Below are positions 57,698 to 64,000 of a stretch of 64,000 bases of DNA, piece by piece; position 1 is the first letter of the stretch, and the number at the start of each line of letters is the position of its first letter. Source of the DNA: Chloroflexota bacterium (GTDB lineage Bacteria; Chloroflexota; UBA11872); the NCBI GenBank assembly GCA_034422315.1, contig DAOUJT010000039.1, positions 1,488 to 65,487 on the forward strand, in the 5' to 3' direction. Under the pieces are notes generated by a model, which searched no databases, was not told where the DNA came from, and worked only from the letters and a program-made list of their open reading frames with translations. The translations under genes and the position numbers were made by a program.

Positions 57698-57916
57698 TGG
57701 GCGGATTTTTCGGGCGGCAGGGGAAGGCGAGGCGTGAGTGAGGCAAGAAGGGGAGAGGGCAGAGGGCAGAGGAGTGAGAGCGGAAGGGGGTGGGTAGCGA
57801 CGGGTCTCCACGCAAGATGCGGAGCAAGCGGGGGCGGGGGGTGCGGGGGGTGAGCCGTTGGAGGAGGCGGGTGAGCATGGAGGGTTCGGGGGATGGATGT
57901 GGAATCGGGCGCCTCT

Positions 57917-57945
57917 AGTGTACACTGGGTGGTTACGAAGGGCAA
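57917..57945 (-). promoter_or_regulatory. sigma70-type promoter in composite element copy C
   Basis: TTGCCC-17 bp-TACACT on the minus strand, homologous to 30876-30904. Confidence 0.6.
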
Positions 57946-57986
57946 GGGTGGGAGGAGCGATGGGGGTGCGTGTTGCAGCCGGGGTG

Positions 57987-58019
57987 GTGGTTCCCTTCGA
58001 CAGGCTCAGGGCAGGCTCT
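57987..58019. repeat. Single REP-like unit; 33 bp identical to 60849-60881
   Basis: GTGGTTCCCTTCGACAGGCTCAGGGCAGGCTCT. Confidence 0.93.
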
Positions 58020-58085
58020 CCGGGGACGCCGGGATGGGATCGGGCTGCTGGGGTCGGAGGGTGAGCCGGGGCCGGTGATGGCGGG

Positions 58086-58157
58086 TGCTGGCATTGATGT
58101 CATTGCCAGCAGTGCAATCAGTGCATGCGGTGCCGGCATTGCCGGAAACGCTGGGAG
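58086..58157. repeat. 9-bp TGCnnGCAn microrepeat block homologous to 31416-31487
   Basis: 58081-58129 matches 31411-31459 at 45 of 49 positions. Confidence 0.88.
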
Positions 58158-58447
58158 GGATGGCGAGTCGGCGACGCCGGGATGACAGGGAGATCGTGGC
58201 GCTGAGGGCGGGGGGTGAGGGCAGCATGTGGGCGCGGGGCTGAATGGGGTGGGGTGTATGCACAGGGGAGCCTGTAGCGCCATGGCCAGCCATCGCGCGA
58301 TGCGCCAACGAGCCGCCAGTTCCCTTGAAGTCCGCACGTCACATGAGCACAGGCCGCCGGGTGCGCGTAGACTCGCCTTAGGGTGCCCACCGTGAGAATC
58401 TCACTCGTGCCGGCTCCAGCGCCCCGCCGGTACCAGGGCGAGTCCCG

Positions 58448-59923
58448 ATGCTAAAGCGTCTAGAGATTGGTAACTTCAAGTCTTGGGACGGTCAGCATCC
58501 CATCGACTTTGGCCGCATCACAGGGCTTTTTGGCCCAAACAGTTCGGGCAAGAGTAGCATCATACACCTGCTGCTTCTCCTAAAGCAGACAGTCGAATCC
58601 ACAGATCCTGCATCCGTATTGGACTTCGGAAGTGAGACCAAAGGGTACTTCGACTTTGGGGGCTTTGAAGATGTAATCACGAATCATGATTCACAGAAGA
58701 GTCTATCCTTCAACCTGCACTGGATACCAATTACTACTGACGCTCAACGTGCAATGTCAACTATACAAGAGATAGTTCTCTCGGGCGTTATATCTGCTTC
58801 ACCAGCAGAAACCCGCAAGGAAATTTCAGTCGATTACTTGAAATACACAATAGAGTGCATGCTTGATGCTGACGAGTACAACGAGGCCGAAGATTGCCAC
58901 GGAATTACATTTGGTGGAATACCTGCCCTCATATCTGTACAAACGTTGCTCAAATCAAGCGGATCATATGAGCTGCAATTGGAAGTCGATGGCTTCTTTG
59001 AAGACTTTTCGGCTTTTGACGATGGATCGACTCCAATTGGCTTTTATAGGTTCCATCCATCTGATCTGGATGTCCTGACGCAGGGACTATATCTTCGCGA
59101 CGAAGAGGAGATTGAAGGCACGGGCAAGAACTTAGTGACAACCGTCTCTGAGTATGACATAGAAAGAGTGATACAAAGAGCTGAAAACCACACGATCCGC
59201 TTGCTTGAACGCGTAATATATCTTGGTCCACTGCGCAATTACCCGAAGCGTGATTATAGATGGACTGGCGCAGCTCCGGCGACTGTTGGGCATCGAGGAG
59301 AACAGACCATTCAGGTTCTTCTTTCGGATAAAACGGCAACAGTCGTGGGAGTCTCGACCTGGATGCGAAAGCTCGGACTCGCCGACTCGTTGTCACTCAA
59401 GCAAGTCGACTCGGACGGTCGAATATGGGAACCGATTGTTGAGCAGCGGGGCGAGGGGCCAAAGGTGAACATAGCTGACGTAGGATTCGGCGTATCACAG
59501 ATTATGCCGGTCATTGTTGCTCTCCTGTCAGCACCTCCGGGAGCGCTAGTTATTTTGGAGCATCCCGACATCCACCTCCATCCAAGAGCGCAAAGCGAAC
59601 TTGCAGACTTGCTCGTCGAAGTTGTTAGTACGAGTGATATCCAAGTCCTTGTGGAGAGTCACAGCGAGCATTTGTTGGCGCGGATTCAGCGGAGGATATC
59701 GGAGTCTTCCAGGGGAGAGGGTAGTCTGAGCCCTGAGGATGTGCGGTTGTATTTCTGCGAGCAGGAGAAGGGAAGGTCGAAGCTGACGCCGCTGGAGATG
59801 CAGCCGTCGGGGGTTATAACGAACTGGCCTCGTGACTTCTTTGGAGACATGTTGGCCGAGCGAATGGCGTTGAGTGGGTTCTATCCGAAATCTGAAGACC
59901 ACACACAGACTGCTGACGGCTGA
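58448..59923 (+). CDS. ABC-type ATPase (AAA_15/AAA_21-like) with a DUF3696-like C-terminus
   Basis: IGNFKS, Walker A GPNSSGKS, DVGFGVSQ signature, LEHPDIHLHP Walker B/D-loop, ESHSEH, NWPRDFFG; GC clearly below the flanks. Confidence 0.9.
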   Translation: MLKRLEIGNFKSWDGQHPIDFGRITGLFGPNSSGKSSIIHLLLLLKQTVESTDPASVLDFGSETKGYFDFGGFEDVITNHDSQKSLSFNLHWIPITTDAQRAMSTIQEIVLSGVISASPAETRKEISVDYLKYTIECMLDADEYNEAEDCHGITFGGIPALISVQTLLKSSGSYELQLEVDGFFEDFSAFDDGSTPIGFYRFHPSDLDVLTQGLYLRDEEEIEGTGKNLVTTVSEYDIERVIQRAENHTIRLLERVIYLGPLRNYPKRDYRWTGAAPATVGHRGEQTIQVLLSDKTATVVGVSTWMRKLGLADSLSLKQVDSDGRIWEPIVEQRGEGPKVNIADVGFGVSQIMPVIVALLSAPPGALVILEHPDIHLHPRAQSELADLLVEVVSTSDIQVLVESHSEHLLARIQRRISESSRGEGSLSPEDVRLYFCEQEKGRSKLTPLEMQPSGVITNWPRDFFGDMLAERMALSGFYPKSEDHTQTADG

Positions 59924-59931
59924 AAACACAG

Positions 59932-60432
59932 TTGTCGACCACCGAATCGCCGACTTGGATCATTGATACAAATGTTTGGATTGTGGCTCAACCGGGGAGT
60001 CATGCCGATACGGATTGCCATACGAACTGCTTGCAGTTTGTAGACAGATTAGACAACAGCAAGGAACGCATTGCCGTCGATGACGGCTATCTCATTTTTA
60101 GCGAGTACTTTCGGCTGCTATCTCAGCAACTCGCACCTCACGATGCTCTCATCAGGCTAATGGCGCAAGGCAGGGTAGTGGAAATGCACGTCAAGGTTGA
60201 TGACGAAGGCGTCGTCCTTCCTGATGAGCTTGCGGGTATCGTCCATGATCGAGATGACCGCAAGTTTGTGGCGGTCTCCCTGGCTTGCTCGCCGCCTGCG
60301 CCGATAGTGAATGCGACAGACTCGGATTGGGTGGATTGGGAGGAATGTCTACGAGATCACGGTGTAGAGGTTATTCAGTTGTGCCCGGAGGTCGTGCACG
60401 CGCCACGGGACTCCGCGGAGCGTCGCGCGTAG
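59932..60432 (+). CDS. PIN-like nuclease-fold protein
   Basis: WIIDTNV, FSEYF, DRDDRKFVAV, NATDSDW give four spaced acidic positions; 8 bp after the ATPase. Confidence 0.75.
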   Translation: MSTTESPTWIIDTNVWIVAQPGSHADTDCHTNCLQFVDRLDNSKERIAVDDGYLIFSEYFRLLSQQLAPHDALIRLMAQGRVVEMHVKVDDEGVVLPDELAGIVHDRDDRKFVAVSLACSPPAPIVNATDSDWVDWEECLRDHGVEVIQLCPEVVHAPRDSAERRA

Positions 60433-60447
60433 GTTGTTTGCTATCGG

Positions 60448-60688
60448 CTAGTTGGTCTCGCTCGGTTCGGCAATGAGGAGAGCGAGATAGGTGAGGGAGC
60501 GGAACATGGGATCGCCGTGATTCTGCTCCGGGGGATCGCGGTAGATCGCGAGGAATCTCGTCGGCGGTCAGGCCGAAGTGCCGCTTCGCGTCGCGGTCCA
60601 AAGCCTGCCGGATTTCTTCCGGCGTGACCTGGATGTGTTCGTATTCAACGGGCAGCCATTCGGGCCGCGTTTCGACGGTGGTTGTCAT
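60448..60688 (-). pseudogene. Small antitoxin-like gene (about 79 aa) with a 1-nt insertion
   Basis: MTTTVETRPEW...HFGLTADE; removing one A (gag-A-ttc) continues FLAIYRDPPEQNHGDPMFRSLTYLALLIAEPSETN to TAG; span 241 nt. Confidence 0.6.
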
Positions 60689-60848
60689 TGGGGATGCGTT
60701 GCGGTGCTCGAGGTCGGCGTAGTGCGGGGGAGGGAATGGTGGGCCGGGGGAGCTGATCGGACGGGGTGAGGCGGTGGGCCGGGATTGACCATGGCGCTGG
60801 GTCCCGGCCGAGGACGCCGGGATGGCGGAGGGGGGTGCTGGGGCTTGT

Positions 60849-60949
60849 GTGGTTCCCTTCGACAGGCTCAGGGCAGGCTCTACGGGCCTCCGATGGACTC
60901 CGGGGGGGCTCACCACGAACGGGGTGGGTGAGGCTCACCACGAACGGGG
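60849..60949. repeat. REP-like cluster: a 33-bp CTTCGACAGGCTCAG unit plus two GGCTCACCACGAACGGGG copies
   Basis: 60849-60881; 60907-60924 and 60932-60949 (25-bp period). Confidence 0.9.
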
Positions 60950-60961
60950 GTGGAGGCTGGT

Positions 60962-62701
60962 TTAGGGGACGGGTTGGTATTGGAGGAGGGCTGAGCGGCC
61001 TACGACATCGAGGATTCGAACCAGTGTTTCCCGGCCGTCGGCGTCGGTGAGGCGGAGACCTTCGCCAGGGGCGAAGTGGACGGGCTGGGGTTGGCCCTGG
61101 TTGATCGCGATGTTGTTGGCGTAGAGATAAGTTCGGTCGCTGGCATCGCGTTTCGGATTCAGGCGGCCTTTGAGGGTGGGAAGGTGACCGACCGCCTCGG
61201 GGAAGATGACGCTGCCGCCTTGCGACATCGTCTGAAGGTCGAGCGTCAGCGCGCCCCGGCTGGGCGTCCATTGGCGTTCGAGGTGCGCCGCGTGTCCGGG
61301 GGCGGCGGCGAATACGGTCATGGGGAGGTGGGACGTGTATAGCTCGACCGACGCCTCGCCATCGCTATTGGTGGTGGAGCGTTTCCAGGTCTTGTTTGGA
61401 AACAACGCAAGGACATCGGCGCCAGGCAAGGGCTGACCGGCCGATCGAACGGTGATGACCGCACTGGCGGGGCTGTGTTCGTGGGTGGCGGCGGGGATGG
61501 TGAGGCGGACCTCGGAGTCGTCGATGACCCGGTACTCGGGCAGCTGCCCGCAGAGTTCCCAGGTCTCGCGACGAATGATGGGCACACCGTCGCCGCGGCG
61601 TTCCATAAAGTACCGCCGCTCCTCCGAGCCCTGAATGCCCCCAACCGGCAAACGCGCCAAAACAGAAGTCAACGCTTCGTTGCGTGTGACCTGGCGCGTT
61701 TCCATGCTCTCCACGGTGAGGTTGTTGGGCAGCGAGCCGGGCGACTGGATTTCCAGGCGGTCAGCGAACATCGAGAGCCGAATCTTGCTGCCGCGCATCG
61801 AGTAGTCGCGATGCACCACGGCGTTGACGAGGGCTTCGAACAAGGCCCGGTGGCTGTATTGGGGAAGGTCTACGCGCCCCGGATCCTTGCGGGCGGCGAC
61901 CTGCATATTGCGCAGGGCGAAGGCGACGGCCTGGGCGATCTGCCGGTTCAACGGGCCGCTAATTTCCTGCGCGTCGATCTGGCCGGAGGCACGGTCGTTA
62001 CCCCGATACCGGGTGGCGGTGATACCGGCGTTTGGCAGCCACCGCTGGGGATCCGGCGCGCATAGCAAGACGCCGGCGACGGTGGCGCGCGGGATGCCAG
62101 TCTCATCGTTTGCGAGAAGAGCCAATCTGCCGAGCGCCACCTCGGGTTCGGCGGCGCCTTCGGCGCTCAATAGTGGTTTCCAAAGGGACTCGTCCAGGGT
62201 GTTGATTCCGGTGTCCGGAACCGTCTGTTCATCAAAGGACCGGTACCGGGCTTGCGCGCGACGTTGCGCCAAGCGCAGCCACTCATCGCCGATCATCCTT
62301 CGCTTGGAGCCTCCGACGCGGATGTACCGCTGGCCGGATCGCTCGTGCGGGGAATCGCCGGCGGGAACGTCGACGATCAGTAACCGCTTGCCGCCGGGGA
62401 GTTGCATGTGCTGCGTGCGGATACGTACGGGCGGCTCGATGGCGTCGGAGCTGACTTCCACGACGTATCGATCCAACGCGCTGAGTTGCTCACGCGTCAT
62501 GTCCTGCACTTCGCCGTCATCGGTGACGCCGCAAAGCAGGACGCCGCCGTCAGCGTTGGCGAATGCCACGATCTCGTCCGCCAGATCCCCGCGTTCAGGA
62601 CTTCTGGGTTGGTCTCCGGCGAACTGAACCTGCTTGAATTCCCAGGCGCTGTCCTTGCCCAGTTGCAGCCGGCGGGTGATTTCTTGGTTGCTGTGGGTCA
62701 T
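60962..62701 (-). CDS. Schlafen/AlbA_2 + HATPase_c_4 (RecG-C-like) protein with a beta-rich C-terminal extension
   Basis: WEFK, DEIVAFANADGGVLLCGVTDDG (AlbA_2); EALVNAVVHRDY, SPGSL, RNEAL, MERRGDG (HATPase); no terminal HTH. Confidence 0.88.
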   Translation of the reverse strand: MTHSNQEITRRLQLGKDSAWEFKQVQFAGDQPRSPERGDLADEIVAFANADGGVLLCGVTDDGEVQDMTREQLSALDRYVVEVSSDAIEPPVRIRTQHMQLPGGKRLLIVDVPAGDSPHERSGQRYIRVGGSKRRMIGDEWLRLAQRRAQARYRSFDEQTVPDTGINTLDESLWKPLLSAEGAAEPEVALGRLALLANDETGIPRATVAGVLLCAPDPQRWLPNAGITATRYRGNDRASGQIDAQEISGPLNRQIAQAVAFALRNMQVAARKDPGRVDLPQYSHRALFEALVNAVVHRDYSMRGSKIRLSMFADRLEIQSPGSLPNNLTVESMETRQVTRNEALTSVLARLPVGGIQGSEERRYFMERRGDGVPIIRRETWELCGQLPEYRVIDDSEVRLTIPAATHEHSPASAVITVRSAGQPLPGADVLALFPNKTWKRSTTNSDGEASVELYTSHLPMTVFAAAPGHAAHLERQWTPSRGALTLDLQTMSQGGSVIFPEAVGHLPTLKGRLNPKRDASDRTYLYANNIAINQGQPQPVHFAPGEGLRLTDADGRETLVRILDVVGRSALLQYQPVP

Positions 62702-62810
62702 CTGCGGATTGCCGTTCCCCCGCCGCCATCCTATCCGCCGTGCGCTGGCCAGCCGGCGGGATGGCGGAGGGGTTGGGTGCTTCGCGTATCGGTTGGGAGT
62801 GGTTGGGCGT

Positions 62811-63230
62811 TTAGGTTGACGACGCCGGAGAAATGAAGGGGTTGAGGGTGGGGACGTGGAGGGGGTGGAAGTCGCGGGTGTTGGGGGTGACGACGGTGAG
62901 GCGGTGGACGGTGGCGACGGCGGCGATGAGGGCGTCCTGCATGAGGGTGTCGGACTGGCGGTGCATGAGCCTGGCGCAGATCCGAAAGGCGGGGGCGTCC
63001 ACGGCCAGTACGTCGTAGCTCAATTGCACTCGGTCGAGCCAGGCTTCCAGTTGCTCGGCCCTGGCGGGGTCCTGCTCACGGGTGTTCTCGATGCCGGCCT
63101 GGATCTCGCCGACGGTGACGGCAGACAGGTACAGCTGATCGGCCGGCACCGCCTGAATCCAGTCAAGGACGGCCGGGCTAGGACGCGGGCGACGCAGTTC
63201 GGAGACGACGTTCGTGTCGAGCAGGTACAC
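62811..63230 (-). CDS. vapC: PIN-domain VapC toxin
   Basis: YLLDTNVVSEL, VTVGEI, DALIAAVA, VTPNTRDF. Confidence 0.93.
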   Translation of the reverse strand: MYLLDTNVVSELRRPRPSPAVLDWIQAVPADQLYLSAVTVGEIQAGIENTREQDPARAEQLEAWLDRVQLSYDVLAVDAPAFRICARLMHRQSDTLMQDALIAAVATVHRLTVVTPNTRDFHPLHVPTLNPFISPASST

Positions 63231-63231
63231 G

Positions 63232-63492
63232 CTAGTCGAACTGTGGGGCGGCGCGGCGGGGGAGTTGGCGGCGCGGCGGGGTGAGGGTTTCGGTGCGCGG
63301 TTCGGGGGCGAGCAGCAGTTCCTTGAGGTTGGGGCGGGTGAGGCGCTCGAGGCGGCGCCAGTGCTCAATGGGGATGAGGACGGCGGTTTCGACGCCGCGC
63401 CTGGTGACGATCTGCGGTCCTTCGGCGAGGCTGGTGGCCAGCAGTTCGCTGAAACGCGCCTTGGCTTCCTGTACCTGCCACACGTTGTCCAT
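63232..63492 (-). CDS. Phd/YefM family antitoxin
   Basis: WQVQEAKARFSELL, PQIVTRRG, AVLIPIEHW. Confidence 0.94.
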   Translation of the reverse strand: MDNVWQVQEAKARFSELLATSLAEGPQIVTRRGVETAVLIPIEHWRRLERLTRPNLKELLLAPEPRTETLTPPRRQLPRRAAPQFD

Positions 63493-63518
63493 GCGCTCCT
63501 CCGAGCTGGATTCTGGAC

Positions 63519-63540
63519 TGACTAGACGGAAGACTAGTCT
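63519..63540. promoter_or_regulatory. Probable Phd/YefM operator: perfect palindrome AGACTAGTCT plus a degenerate copy 12 bp away
   Basis: GACTAG at 63520 and 63532, about 30-48 bp upstream of the antitoxin start. Confidence 0.55.
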
Positions 63541-63638
63541 ATCCGAGTTTGTCCACTCCCGAATGCCGGCGGGCAGCGGTGGCGCGGTAGAATGGGGACA
63601 GGTCGTTTCTCCTGGGGCGCAGGGACTTAACCACCGGA

Positions 63639-64000
63639 TTGGCCAGGCCTTCGTTTACGCATTTCGACGCGGATGGGTCCGCGCGGATGGTGGACGTGTC
63701 GGCTAAGTCGGAGACGGACCGAACCGCGGTGGCGCGGGGTCGAGTAGTAATGCAGCCGGCGACGCTGGCGATGATTCGCGAGCAGATGGCCGGCGAGGCC
63801 TCAGACCTGCCGAAGGGCGACGTGCTGGGGGTGGCGCGGCTGGCCGGATTGATGGCGGCCAAACGGACGTCGGACCTGATTCCGTTGTGTCACCCGCTGC
63901 CGCTGAGCGCGGTGGACGTGGGGCTGAGGCCGGAGGGCGAGGAGTCGCTGGCGATCGAGGCCACGGTGCGGACGGTGGGCCGGACGGGGGTTGAGATGGA
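63639..64000 (+). CDS. moaC: Cyclic pyranopterin monophosphate synthase MoaC (truncated by the window end; missing from the ORF track)
   Basis: Manual translation gives [49 protein letters not shown]. Confidence 0.96.
   Translation, partial: MARPSFTHFDADGSARMVDVSAKSETDRTAVARGRVVMQPATLAMIREQMAGEASDLPKGDVLGVARLAGLMAAKRTSDLIPLCHPLPLSAVDVGLRPEGEESLAIEATVRTVGRTGVEM

Overview
High-GC bacterial chromosome segment. A Chloroflexota-like monoderm origin is inferred from the YFPETGH-type repeats, the gene content and the absence of any TolC/outer-membrane gene in this window. The core is housekeeping: uvrC, gnd, yebC-ruvCAB-acyP-FecR-like-acpS-nnr, cmk-plsC-der-plsY-recX, thyX, a KamA-family radical SAM enzyme, sufCBD-Rieske-sufSU and moaC. 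It also carries two ABC exporter/efflux operons and several catabolic enzymes. Both ends are conflict/defence islets. Left: a PD-(D/E)xK nuclease plus two PIN toxin-antitoxin pairs. Right: a low-GC ABC-ATPase + PIN nuclease pair, a Schlafen/AlbA_2-HATPase fusion with an unusual beta-rich C-terminus, a frameshifted small gene and a Phd-VapC pair. The structure least explained by the genes is a composite intergenic element in three diverged copies (about 3.0-3.7 kb, 30.6-31.5 kb, 57.6-58.2 kb). Its modules occur in the same order: 9-bp palindromic microrepeats, a REP-like 24-mer, a 21-bp-phased GGACACAT array, a sigma70-type promoter, a conserved leader and a perfect 25-26 bp hairpin whose stem sequence co-varies between copies; not every copy has every module. 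Also seen: a 6S-like rod RNA upstream of cmk, two genes that appear to need non-canonical starts (ATA, ATT), and a paralogue with compensating frameshifts. No tRNA, rRNA, CRISPR array, integrase or transposase was recognised. All family assignments come from motif recognition by eye, not database searches.
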